In this document: positions 1 to 10,978 of the stretch, piece by piece | How positions within the stretch are numbered: position 1 is the first letter of the stretch | Layout of the letters: each line of letters begins with the position of its first letter | Source: Octopus bimaculoides | Taxonomy: Eukaryota | Assembly (NCBI RefSeq): GCF_001194135.2 | Contig: NC_068983.1 | Span: forward strand, 99,826,425 to 99,890,424 | Reading direction: 5' to 3' | Length of the DNA: 64,000 nt | Made by a program: the position numbers and the translations under genes | Notes under the pieces: generated by a model | The model's database searches: none | What the model was told of the DNA's origin: nothing | Seen by the model: only the letters and a program-made list of their open reading frames with translations

Positions 1-460
1 CTCTTCTCTCTCAACCTCCATAATTGTCTCACTTACACTTAACCCATTATTCAATCATTTGTATCTAGAGCTTCAAATTCTGCAATTCTCTCTTGTTTAT
101 ATTTTTCTCAATGGTAAATAATGAGTGCTGCCCCACTTCTTCATAGTGTTTTTTTTTAATTTAACAATAAAAGTCTTGATTACACTGTTACCTCATATTT
201 AAAGTATTTTATCTTTTTATTCTGCAGCTCAATGCTCTCTACTCACAGACAATACACAACTAAAATCCTTATACTGAGACTCAAAATCCCCGGTGTCATT
301 TAATAACAACTATTTATCTATAAACATAACCAAGAATCTATCTTCAAGGCCAGAAAATACTTCAGCTGTAAACAGTTTTCAGCCTTCTTTCTAAAAGGCT
401 CATGTTTACCACCCATTAATTATTTACTGTAAGTTGTTATGAAGCTCAGATACTGTAATA

Positions 461-526
461 GCTGAGCACCTTCTCAAGCATCATCTGATACCTGAGTGAG
501 GAAGGACACTAACAAAGTTAAAAGCC
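461..526 (-). mobile_element. Short fragment of the CRE-like retrotransposon family at 1240-1640, in opposite orientation
   Basis: Reverse complement of 461-526 matches 1567-1632 over ~65 bp with few mismatches. Confidence 0.55.
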
Positions 527-544
527 GTTTATATGTATATTGTT

Positions 545-720
545 CAAAATTGTACAAAAAACAAGACAGAAACAGTGAGGGAAAACAAACAAGATGTATT
601 AGTTTGATGCTCAAGAAAAATGGAAAAGATTTTGATGTTTTGTGCCTATGCTCTTCTACTGAAAAGGAATAAGGAGAGAAAACAGATGGAGAGAGGGGAA
701 AAAACAGGAGAGAAAAAAAC
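545..720 (-). mobile_element. Penelope-like 3'-end repeat with decayed hammerhead-like motif; same family as 43262-43460
   Basis: Reverse complement reads ttcagtagaagagcataggcacaaaacatcaaaatc...gagcatcaaactaatacatc, aligning with ctgtggaagagcgtaggcttgaaacgttaaggac...gagcatgatactaatatatc at 43335-43400. Confidence 0.5.
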
Positions 721-740
721 TTATCTGGGTTAACGTGTAT

Positions 741-763
741 GCACACACATACACATACACACA

Positions 764-798
<35 letters not shown>
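741..798. repeat. (CA)n / (CATA)n microsatellite
   Basis: Direct reading. Confidence 0.95.
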
Positions 799-801
<3 letters not shown>

Positions 802-1239
802 TATTACTGTACAATATTTGGAGGTGGTCCTATTAAAATTCATCTATATTCTATACATCTGTTTATAACAAAGGAGAAAAGCTTAAAGTGTTTCCATGGC
901 TGAACAGTGAAAGTTTTAGGAAATGTTACACAAGCCTTAATATCTATTAATAATTATTTAACATTAGTTGAAATCAATCATTGGGAAATGTATAATACCA
1001 CATAGATGTGATTAAGAATCATTTTTGTGTGTGATGTTTACTAATGAATCATTAATATCTTCTTTTTGCTTAAACACTATTACTTCATGCTCATCATGCT
1101 GTAGGTCAAGGTACCAAAATATCAGCAATGTATTTTTAGTGCTGTAGTAAAACTTTCACTAGTGGCTTATTAAGTCCAAATGAGTTCCACATGTCCTTTA
1201 ACCTCAGAGTTAGAGTTGATGTATGAGGTGGAATGAGAT

Positions 1240-1640
1240 ATCATTGTGGTAAGCCCCTCGATTCTGCAGATCTTCATGGAATATATTATTTGAATGCAAA
1301 TTGCATAGGTCACCATATGATTAACCAAGCTTTAGTTAAAGTAAAGATCTCAATTCTAAAGCCAATGGGAATGTACATGGATACTGAATTCACATTTTGC
1401 TCTTAAGTTTGAGGCAAATGGCTTTTATAGAAGGCCCCTGTTTGTGCTTCATTTGTTCCCTTACACATCCTTAATGCTGCTGTGAAGGTGGGATGACTGC
1501 ATCCAATTCAGATTTTCAACCTGTGGCGTCTGAAAGTTTTGGGAATGAAGGGCCATTGACAAAAAAGGCTTTTAACTTTGTTGGTGTCCTCCTTCACTCA
1601 TGTATCAGATGATGCTTGAGCAGGTGCTCAGCAATTTCAG
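1240..1640 (+). mobile_element. Degraded CRE-like non-LTR retrotransposon C-terminus (zinc knuckle plus restriction-like endonuclease region)
   Basis: Broken frames give HCGKPLDSADLHG, HHMINQALVKVKISILKP, HILNAAVKVG and FQPVASESFGNEGPLTKKAFNFVG (from 1514). These resemble CxCG..D..G.H, RH..VN.II.RAL....S.LEP and F.PVAVET.G.WG of CRE-clade proteins. Confidence 0.55.
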
Positions 1641-1879
1641 CACCATAATGACCCTCAGTCACACCATGAGTGTTTTGGGGTGGCTCAAAAGTTTTTGGAG
1701 ATGAATACTGATTTTCCTTAGTGTAAAATATAACTGAATGGCATATGCATGTGATTAGACTAGCCTCAGTAAAAGTCCATCATTCCTGTACAATTTTGAT
1801 TGCACAGGGATGATGGATTCACATTTTCCTTATTTTCTTGCTGTTTACTTTAGCATATGCCCTTGCCTTCGTAGGATTT

Positions 1880-2177
1880 TTGAGCGAGATCGTTGCCAGT
1901 GCCCCTGGACTGGCTCTTGTGCGGGTGGCACATAAAATACACCATTTTGAGCGTGGCCATTGCCAGTACCGCCTGACTGGCCTTCGTGCTGGTGGCACAT
2001 AAAAGCACCCACTACACTCTCTGAGTGGTTGGCGTTAGGAAGGGCATCCATCTGTAGAAACTCTGCCAAATCAGATTGGAGGCTGGTGTTGCCATCCGGT
2101 TTCACCAGACCTCAGTCAAATCGTCCAACCCATGCTAGCATGGAAAGTGGACGTTGAACGATGATGATGATGATGAT
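1880..2177 (+). mobile_element. RTE LINE 3' UTR fragment with (ATG)n tail
   Basis: Same sequence as the tails of RT-coding copies at 6850-7150 and 59031-59870; ends tggaaagtggacgttgaacgatgatgatg. Confidence 0.85.
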
Positions 2178-2496
2178 TATTGTAAGTAAATATGTAATGT
2201 TAGAAACAAATTCCATATACATGCTTGTTTTTGTTGTTGTTTATTCCAGGTTAGCTCTGACTGAGCAGACCCACTGTCAAAGCCAATCCATTCACTTGTA
2301 TATTAGGGACATTATCCAGTGTATTCTTCCATTTTCAACATGTTGGGTTATAATTTCAGAGAGATTTGACTTCTGCTTGATGCATATTAAATGACCTTAT
2401 GCAGGATCACACTTTTCTGTGTGTGGAGTGGGGTGTGTATGTATGTATATATACATGTATGTGCATATAATACACACACACGTACATACATGTACA

Positions 2497-2654
2497 CAAC
2501 AGGCTTCTTTCAGATTCCAGCAACCAAATCTACTCACAAGGCTTTGATTGGCTTGGGGGTTATAGTAGAAAACACTTCCCCAAGGTGGCATGCAATGTGA
2601 CTGAACCCAAAACTACATAAGTAGGAAGTGAATTTTCAACTACACAGCCATGCC
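2497..2654 (-). mobile_element. tRNA-derived SINE family A (CORE-like), 5' half
   Basis: Reverse complement ggcatggctgtgtagttgaaaa...ggttcagtc...ccaccttggggaagtg; homologous to 2686-3067. Confidence 0.75.
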
Positions 2655-2685
2655 TAAAAGATATACTTGCTTTATTGCTTACATG

Positions 2686-3067
2686 GACAGGCATGACTGT
2701 GTGGTAAGAAGCTTACTTCTCAACCACGTGGTTCCAGGTTCAGTCCCATTGTGTGGCACCTTGAGAAAGTGTCTTCTACTCTTGTCTCAGGCTGACCAAA
2801 GACTTGTGAATGGATTTGGTAGGCGGAAACTGAAATATATGTGTGTGTGTGTGTGTATTTATGTATGTGTGCCTTTGTGTTTGTCTCCCTCTACCACTGG
2901 ACAACCTATGTTGCTGTGTTTGTCCCCATAATTAGCGGTTCAGCAGAAGAGATCAACGGAATAAGTACCAGGCTTTAAATAAAAGTTCTGGTGTCAATTT
3001 ATTCAGCTAAAACCCTTCAAGGCAGTGCCATAGCATGACCGCAGTCTATTAACTGAAACAAGTAAAA
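2686..3067 (+). mobile_element. tRNA-derived SINE family A (CORE-like), near full length
   Basis: A-box-like tgactgtgtggtaag, B-box-like ggttcagtccc, CORE-like gcaccttgagaaagtg, internal (TG)n, tail actgaaacaagtaaaa; more than 10 copies in the window. Confidence 0.8.
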
Positions 3068-3289
3068 TATATATACACACACACACACATAATTACACAC
3101 ACATAATTACACACACATATATACATATATATACACATGCACATATATCCGTACATACATATATACCCACACACACACATATATAAATCAACATTTGTAT
3201 TTAAATGTACATTAAAAAAAATATTCCAGCAATGAGTGTTCAGTTTTTCAATCAACCAAACCATCAGCTCATTCAGTAAGCATACAAGA

Positions 3290-3467
3290 TAGCTGAATAT
3301 TCCATAAACGTGTGTGTTCTTAACATCAGTAAAATTAGTGTGTCACAGTGTGTGTCGAAGTTGGACCTTTGTATTACAGGTACAATCACTCAATCTGGCT
3401 TTCACACAATTTCTGTCAACCCAGTTTCACTCAAGGCTTGGATCAACCCAAGGTAATGAGTAAAAAG
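3290..3467 (-). mobile_element. SINE fragment related to family C (3' part), cut by a gap
   Basis: gtgtcacagtgtgt...cctttgtattacaggtacaa resembles 4025-4070. Confidence 0.45.
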
Positions 3468-3966
3468 CNNNNNNNNNNNNNNNNNNNNNNNNNNNNNNNN
3501 NNNNNNNNNNNNNNNNNNNNNNNNNNNNNNNNNNNNNNNNNNNNNNNNNNNNNNNNNNNNNNNNNNNNNNNNNNNNNNNNNNNNNNNNNNNNNNNNNNNN
3601 NNNNNNNNNNNNNNNNNNNNNNNNNNNNNNNNNNNNNNNNNNNNNNNNNNNNNNNNNNNNNNNNNNNNNNNNNNNNNNNNNNNNNNNNNNNNNNNNNNNN
3701 NNNNNNNNNNNNNNNNNNNNNNNNNNNNNNNNNNNNNNNNNNNNNNNNNNNNNNNNNNNNNNNNNNNNNNNNNNNNNNNNNNNNNNNNNNNNNNNNNNNN
3801 NNNNNNNNNNNNNNNNNNNNNNNNNNNNNNNNNNNNNNNNNNNNNNNNNNNNNNNNNNNNNNNNNNNNNNNNNNNNNNNNNNNNNNNNNNNNNNNNNNNN
3901 NNNNNNNNNNNNNNNNNNNNNNNNNNNNNNNNNNNNNNNNNNNNNNNNNNNNNNNNNNNNNNNNNN

Positions 3967-4265
3967 GTGGCTGAGCACTCCACAGTCACGTGTACCCATA
4001 ACGTAATTCTCGGGGATATTCAGCGTGACACAGTGTGACAAGGCTGACCCTTTGAATTACAGGCACAACAGAAACAGGAAGTAAGAGTGAGAGAAAGTTG
4101 TGGTGAAAGAGTACAGCAGGGTTCGCCACCATCCCCTGCCGGAGCCTCGTGGAGCTTTAGGTGTTTTCGCTCAATAAACACTCACAACGCCCGGTCTGGG
4201 AATCGAAACCACGATCCTATGACCGTGAGTCCACTGCCCTAACCACTGGGCCATTGCGCCTCCAC
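3967..4265 (-). mobile_element. tRNA-derived SINE family C
   Basis: Reverse complement starts gtggaggcgcaatggcccagtggttagg (A box)...ggtttcgattcc (B box); closely matches 23281-23637. Confidence 0.85.
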
Positions 4266-4562
4266 GCACACCTGTACTTCACAGCAATAATGTTAAGGCT
4301 GTTCCCCTGATGAAAAGGATTGGCTTTGCAAGAGTTTTGGGCTGGTGCTATATAAAAGCGCTCATGCAGTGTCACATAAAAGCACCCCTTTTGGGGTTGA
4401 TAAAATAAATACCAGTTGAATTCTAGAGTTGATATAACTAACTTTACCCCTGCATACATACATACATACATAAATACATACATATATATAAGAAAGAGAG
4501 ATGACAAAAGAATAAATGATTATCTATCTATCTATATATCTATCTGTCTGTCTGTCTGTATT

Positions 4563-4606
<44 letters not shown>

Positions 4607-4609
<3 letters not shown>

Positions 4610-4765
4610 CAAGGTAGAAAATGCTAAAATAATTTTATAAAAGACATCTTAGTACCGGTTTCGGTTAATAAGACTTTTTCAACTCTAAGTATGGAAAAGA
4701 ATTAAATTTTGGGAAAATTAAATGAAAAGTTTTTTAAAAGAATATTTGCATAGTATTCAAATACA
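4607..4765. mobile_element. Partial copy of the MITE at 5586-5838, opposite orientation
   Basis: Aligns with the reverse complement of ~5660-5825. Confidence 0.65.
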
Positions 4766-5585
4766 AGGGGCATTTTCCTTGTTTTGTTNNNNNNNNNNNN
4801 NNNNNNNNNNNNNNNNNNNNNNNNNNNNNNNNNNNNNNNNNNNNNNNNNNNNNNNNNNNNNNNNNNNNNNNNNNNNNNNNNNNNNNNNNNNNNNNNNNNN
4901 NNNNNNNNNNNNNNNNNNNNNNNNNNNNNNNNNNNNNNNNNNNNNNNNNNNNNNNNNNNNNNNNNNNNNNNNNNNNNNNNNNNNNNNNNNNNNNNNNNNN
5001 NNNNNNNNNNNNNNNNNNNNNNNNNNNNNNNNNNNNNNNNNNNNNNNNNNNNNNNNNNNNNNNNNNNNNNNNNNNNNNNNNNNNNNNNNNNNNNNNNNNN
5101 NNNNNNNNNNNNNNNNNNNNNNNNNNNNNNNNNNNNNNNNNNNNNNNNNNNNNNNNNNNNNNNNNNNNNNNNNNNNNNNNNNNNNNNNNNNNNNNNNNNN
5201 NNNNNNNNNNNNNNNNNNNNNNNNNNNNNNNNNNNNNNNNNNNNNNNNNNNNNNNNNNNNNNNNNNNNNNNNNNNNNNNNNNNNNNNNNNNNNNNNNNNN
5301 NNNNNNNNNNNNNNNNNNNNNNNNNNNNNNNNNNNNNNNNNNNNNNNNNNNNNNNNNNNNNNNNNNNNNNNNNNNNNNNNNNNNNNNNNNNNNNNNNNNN
5401 NNNNNNNNNNNNNNNNNNNNNNNNNNNNNNNNNNNNNNNNNNNNNNNNNNNNNNNNNNNNNNNNNNNNNNNNNNNNNNNNNNNNNNNNNNNNNNNNNNNN
5501 NNNNNNTTCCTTGTTTCTGCCTGTTTCCATCTCTCTTGTTTATATATATGTAGAAGGTTGAAAAGTAACACATGAGTCGATATGT

Positions 5586-5838
5586 ATAAGGAAAATAGGA
5601 CAAAATAGAAAATGCTAAAATAATATTATCAGGAAGAACATTTTATTACCGGACTGTTCCACGTATTTGGAGACTATGGAAATATTTTTTTTAAATATTT
5701 CATTTAATTTTTCCGCAATTTAATTGTTTTTCATGCTTTACTCTAAGCTGAAAAAATTGCAAAGACTGAAACTGGTACTAAAATGTTCTTCATGATAAAA
5801 TTATTTTAGCATTTTCTACCTTGTCCTATTTTCTTTAT
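5586..5838. mobile_element. MITE with ~65-bp terminal inverted repeats
   Basis: ataaggaaaataggacaaaatagaaaatgctaaaataatattatcaggaagaacattttattacc versus the reverse complement of 5772-5838. Confidence 0.75.
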
Positions 5839-5899
5839 GTGTGTGTGTGTGTGTGTGTGTGTGTATGCGTATGCTTATATTTTTTTTTATGTGTGTGTA

Positions 5900-7150
5900 T
5901 CCACATGGATGATGGCTCACTTCCATTCAATGAGGCTGCAAAGAGAAAGACTTGGAGATGCCACTATGAAAGATTGCTAAATGCAGAGGATGAATGAGAG
6001 AAAGAGAGTCTGCGAAATGTTGACTCAATGGAGGGACCAGCTATCTGAATTGACAGTACCTTGGTAGATAAAGCAATTAAGGGTATGAAAACAGGGAAAG
6101 TCCCTGGCCCATCAAGAATCACTGTAGAGATGCTTAAAATATCTGGCGGTGTAGGCTATCGTCTAGTCATCCATATAGACAATCAGATAATACATGAAGG
6201 AGTCATACCCAATGATTGGTGTAGCAGCACCATAGTCAACTGCTACAAAGGTAAAGATAACACATTAGATACAAATACAGAGGTTGGATCAGGTGGTAAT
6301 TACAGTTGTTGGATCAGGTGATAAAAGTCATGGAGCAGGTCATAGCCCAACTAATTAGGGAGAGAGTCAGTTTAGACGAGATGCAGTTTGGTTTTGTGCC
6401 AGGGAGAAGCACCACTGATGCTATATTTCTTGTAAGACAGCTGCAGGAGAAATACCTAGCCAAAAATAAACCTCTGCGCTTGGCTTTTGTTGACATGAAG
6501 AAAGCCTTTGACAGGGCCCCCAATCTCTAATCTGGTGGTCAATGAGGAAACAAGGGATAGATGAGAAGTTGGTGAGAGCTGTACAAGCCATGTACAGGGA
6601 TGCTGTCTGTTAGGTAAGGGTTGGCAACAAGTATAGGGAAGAATTCCAGGTAGGGGTAGGGGTCCACCAAGGGTCAGTCCTCAGCCACCTCTTATTCATC
6701 ATAGCCCTCCAGGCAATAACAGAAGAATTCAAGACAGGATGCCCCTGGGAGCTCTTCTATGCTGATGACCTTGCTCTAATAGCAATTCGCTATCAGAACT
6801 AGAGAAGTTTCAGGTGTGGAAGCAAGGTCTAGCAAAAACCAAAGTACCATTCAAGCATGGTCATTGCTAGTGCTGCCTGACTGACTCCTGTACTGGTGAC
6901 ACATAAAAAGCACCATTTGAGCATAGTCAATGCCAGTACCACTTGATTGGGCCTCTTGCCGGTGGCACTTAAAAAACACCCACTACACTCTTGGAGTGGT
7001 TGGCATTAGGAAGGGCATCCAGCTGTAGAAACCATGCCAGATCAGATTGGAGCACGGTGCAGCCTTCTGGCTTGCCAGTCCTCAGTCAAAACCGTCCAAC
7101 CCATGTCAGCGTGGAAAGCGGACGTTAAACGATGATGATGATTATGATGA
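5900..7150 (+). mobile_element. RTE LINE, internally deleted; frameshifted RT domain joined to the 3' UTR
   Basis: AIKGMKTGKVPGP, QFGFVPGRSTTDAIFLVRQLQEKY, AFVDMKKAFDR, PQGSVLS, LFYADDL; ends in (GAT)n. Confidence 0.9.
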
Positions 7151-7902
7151 TATACATACAGATAGACCTTAGAGAGGTGAGTGATTGGAAAGGTTGCAAA
7201 CAGATGAAAGAACTTTGACTAACAAACAACTAACTGATGGTTTAATCAACACATTAAACAAATGATCAATTAGTTAGTTGGTTAGATATTTAACTAATTG
7301 ACCAACAATAAAGAAGTACATATACATACCTGTGTGCACGTACGTATTTATATATATATATCTACTCAGGCACGTTTTATACATACATACATACATAATT
7401 ATTTACATACATAATTACATACATACATACATACAGACAGACAGCAGACATCATCACACGTTCAGACAAAAATGCCAGAACACAATTTTTTTTTTAAAGT
7501 TAGGATGACTCATATCACCTATTACTACCTTCGTGATAGCTTTATTGAAATGAGTTTGAGATAGTTTTATGTATAATAAATGTGTCCAGGTGAACGTAAA
7601 TGTGGAAGTTGATGATGAACAAAAGTTTGTTTATGAAAAGGTAAATGATTGAAGTGAGTTTTTGAATAGATATGCGCTAGTTACGTTAGTTCAAGTCTTC
7701 TATATCAGGATGTATAAACAGACGGACTGTGGGAATCAACTGAATCATAACTTATTATGTTACGTGATTACATACGGTTAAAACAGAGTCATGTGACCAT
7801 TACGGCAGGTCATCACAGATTTCTTTTCCACTTATCTGCTTTGTTTCCTCCTTTTTACTGTTGTTCGTGTCAGCACTTGTTTAGAAAGTAGAGCAAACAT
7901 AT

Positions 7903-8077
7903 TCGTTTCTACTTTTGGCATAAGGCCCGAAATTTTGGGGGAGGGGCCAGTCGATTAGATCGACTCCAGTACGCAACTGGTACTTAATTTATCGATTTCG
8001 AAAGGATGAAAGGCAGTCAACCTCGGGGAAATTTGACTCAGAACGTAACGGTAGACGAAATACCGCTAAGCATTGCC
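7903..8077 (-). mobile_element. tRNA-derived SINE family D (Meta-domain-like), 5'-truncated
   Basis: Reverse complement contains gcctttcatcctttcgaaatcgataaattaagtaccag; homologous to 8078-8293 and 61345-61550. Confidence 0.75.
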
Positions 8078-8293
8078 CACAAGGGGCTAAGCATAGAGGG
8101 GACGAACAAGGACAGACAAAGGGGTTAAGTCGATTACATCGACTCCAGTGCGTAACTGGTACTTAATTTATCGACCCCGAAAGGATGCAAGGCAAAGTTG
8201 ACCTCGGCGGAATTTGAACTCAGAACGTTACGGCAGACGAAATACCGCTAAGCATTTCGCCCGGCGTGCTAACGTTTTTGCCAGCTCACCGCC
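8078..8293 (-). mobile_element. tRNA-derived SINE family D (Meta-domain-like) with intact head and a different 3' tail
   Basis: Head ggcggtgagctggcaaaaacgttagc...ctgagttcaaattcc; central gccttgcatcctttcggggtcgataaattaagtaccag. Confidence 0.8.
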
Positions 8294-8334
8294 TTAGTAG
8301 AACAAACATATTGAATAAAAAAAATACTGTTATT

Positions 8335-8407
8335 TGTTTTATTCTTTCCCTTGTTTCAGTCATTGGACTGCAACTATCCTGGGCTACTGCCTTGAAGGTT
8401 TTAGTCG
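8335..8407 (-). mobile_element. SINE family A 3' end, cut by a gap
   Basis: ttgtttcagtcattggactgc matches the family A tail. Confidence 0.6.
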
Positions 8408-8957
8408 NNNNNNNNNNNNNNNNNNNNNNNNNNNNNNNNNNNNNNNNNNNNNNNNNNNNNNNNNNNNNNNNNNNNNNNNNNNNNNNNNNNNNNNNNNNNN
8501 NNNNNNNNNNNNNNNNNNNNNNNNNNNNNNNNNNNNNNNNNNNNNNNNNNNNNNNNNNNNNNNNNNNNNNNNNNNNNNNNNNNNNNNNNNNNNNNNNNNN
8601 NNNNNNNNNNNNNNNNNNNNNNNNNNNNNNNNNNNNNNNNNNNNNNNNNNNNNNNNNNNNNNNNNNNNNNNNNNNNNNNNNNNNNNNNNNNNNNNNNNNN
8701 NNNNNNNNNNNNNNNNNNNNNNNNNNNNNNNNNNNNNNNNNNNNNNNNNNNNNNNNNNNNNNNNNNNNNNNNNNNNNNNNNNNNNNNNNNNNNNNNNNNN
8801 NNNNNNNNNNNNNNNNNNNNNNNNNNNNNNNNNNNNNNNNNNNNNNNNNNNNNNNNNNNNNNNNNNNNNNNNNNNNNNNNNNNNNNNNNNNNNNNNNNNN
8901 NNNNNNNNNNNNNNNNNNNNNNNNNNNNNNNNNNNNNNNNNNNNNNNNNNNNNNNNN

Positions 8958-8993
8958 TTAGGGTTAGGGTTTTAGGGTTAGGGTTAGGGTTAG
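8958..8993 (+). repeat. Telomere-type (TTAGGG)n tract at a contig edge
   Basis: ttagggttagggttttagggttagggttagggttag: five TTAGGG units with one 2-nt insertion; the left end runs into N. Confidence 0.85.
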
Positions 8994-9827
8994 TGTTTGA
9001 GAAAAAAGTCAAAATTGAAGAATTTGGGGAGGAAAGGTGGGGTGAAATTTGACAATGCCGATTTTTGGCAATTTTCCGGAACCTCCGTATCCGAAAACGG
9101 GGGTTTTCAGCAAAGAAAATTTTAAAAATAAACAAATTTGGGAGAAAATGGGGGGGGGGGGACCGAAGTCTTTCCTAAAATTTATATCAACCAAATTATA
9201 TTTTCTTTGTTGTTTACTTTTCATTAATTATTAGTTCCTTTTTTTTTTTAACAAGTCAGAAAACCATTCTTTTATGAGGGAGAATGACGAACAAGTGTTT
9301 ATTTTTCTTTTTCATATTTATTGACCCAAGGGATAAAAAGTGAACTAAACCTAGAGGGAGTTTAAAATCAACATATCTTGAAATATTGGACTGCATTAAT
9401 GCGAGAACCTACAAAGTACATCGACACTACTCCCTCCTTCGCTGGTTAAAGATAAAAAAAATAATGAAATACGTAGATAGTTAAGTTCAATATCGAAACC
9501 GTTAACAAGAAATAAATTTAAAAAAACTTCAAGATAACGGGTTTGTCCCTTTGGAGATGAGGTCGTGTAAATAGCTTTGTATAAAAATAACAAATAGGAA
9601 ATTTTATCAGCAAGTTAAAACTTTCACATGATACCCAGTAAAGACATTTTTTTTATTGTATATGTTTTCCACCCTGCTCTTCTTAAATTTATTTCTGATT
9701 CGCTCAAAAATACATAGAAACTTTTATTTTTGATTCGCTCAAAATATATATATAAATATGAAATAATTCTCATGGAAATTGATAAATTGAAAACCTATAA
9801 AGTTAAGCTTATTCAGATAAAGTAGTA

Positions 9828-9931
9828 ACTTCCTGTTCGCATGCGCAGTGGTCTAGGTACTAATATTATGGGATATTACTTTTGCGTGGCATTGTGGGCT
9901 TAGATTTTTTATAGTATCCAAAATGGCAGCC
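9828..9931 (+). promoter_or_regulatory. Putative TATA-less promoter of CK1a: ETS-like ACTTCCTG (9828), NRF1-like CGCATGCGCA (9838), YY1-like CAAAATGGCAGCC (9919)
   Basis: Three housekeeping-promoter motifs within 105 bp, 80-180 bp before the ATG, in a CpG-retaining region. Motif identity comes from known consensus sequences; function is inferred. Confidence 0.55.
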
Positions 9932-10006
9932 AGTCTGGGCTGGCGTAGTATATCTTTAATACCATTTCACTATACTAATAATTTGTGTGCAAACTAAGAA
10001 CTTAAT

Positions 10007-10978
10007 ATGGATGTAAGCAGCGAAAGATCATCTGGTCGGAATGACTTTTTCGTTGGCGGGAAGTATCGATTATTGCGGAAAATTGGTAGTGGGTCGTTCG
10101 GTGATATTTACTTAGGAATCAACATAACAAATGGCGAGGAAGTCGCTGTTAAATTGGAGCCAGTCGATGCTCGCCACCCTCAACTTCTATACGAAAGTAA
10201 ACTCTATAAAATCTTGCAAGGAGGTGTCGGCATTCCTCATGCTCGTTGGTGTAGCCAGGATAGAGATTATTATATCCTTGTTATGGATTTATTAGGGCCG
10301 AGCCTTGAAGATTTGTTCAACTTCTGTTCAAGGCGATTTACCATGAAAACTGTTTTAATGATTGCGGACCAGATGATAGGGCGTGTCGAGTATGTTCAAA
10401 ACAGAAATTTTATTCACCGAGATATTAAGCCTGACAATTTCTTGATGGGAATTGGACGTCACTGTAATAAGGTATTTATGATAGATTTTGGTTTGGCTAA
10501 AAAATATCGCGACGGTAAGACACGCGTACATATTGAATATCGTGAAGATAAAAATTTGACCGGAACTGCTCGTTATGCTAGCATTAATGCTCACTTGGGA
10601 ATCGAACAGAGTCGTAGGGACGATATGGAATCCCTTGGCTATGTCTTGATGTATTTCAATCGTGGTAGCCTTCCTTGGCAAGGTCTGAAAGCGGCGACCA
10701 AAAAACAGAAGTATGAGAAGATAAGCGAGAGGAAAATGTCTACTCCCGTCGAAGCCCTGTGTAAAGGTTTTCCTGCAGAATTCGCTATGTATTTGAATTA
10801 TTGCCGTGGATTGCGTTTTGCCGAAGCTCCCGATTATATGTACCTCAGGCAGCTTTTCCGCATACTTTTTCGTACTCTTAATTATCAGTACGATTATACA
10901 TTTGACTGGACAATGTTGAAACAAAAAGCTACAAGCAACGTACAGCCACCACAAACTGCAATTTCGAATGTTCGTTAG
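10007..10978 (+). CDS. CSNK1A1: Casein kinase I isoform alpha, intronless, 323 aa
   Basis: IGSGSFG loop, VAVK lysine, [11 protein letters not shown] and the CK1-specific SIN motif. Alpha-specific [17 protein letters not shown] and FRILFRTLN are present, with no stops or frameshifts. Confidence 0.97.
   Translation: MDVSSERSSGRNDFFVGGKYRLLRKIGSGSFGDIYLGINITNGEEVAVKLEPVDARHPQLLYESKLYKILQGGVGIPHARWCSQDRDYYILVMDLLGPSLEDLFNFCSRRFTMKTVLMIADQMIGRVEYVQNRNFIHRDIKPDNFLMGIGRHCNKVFMIDFGLAKKYRDGKTRVHIEYREDKNLTGTARYASINAHLGIEQSRRDDMESLGYVLMYFNRGSLPWQGLKAATKKQKYEKISERKMSTPVEALCKGFPAEFAMYLNYCRGLRFAEAPDYMYLRQLFRILFRTLNYQYDYTFDWTMLKQKATSNVQPPQTAISNVR

Noticed and set aside
8958-8993. True chromosome end
   Set aside because: The orientation is wrong for a left end, and the scaffold continues on both sides.
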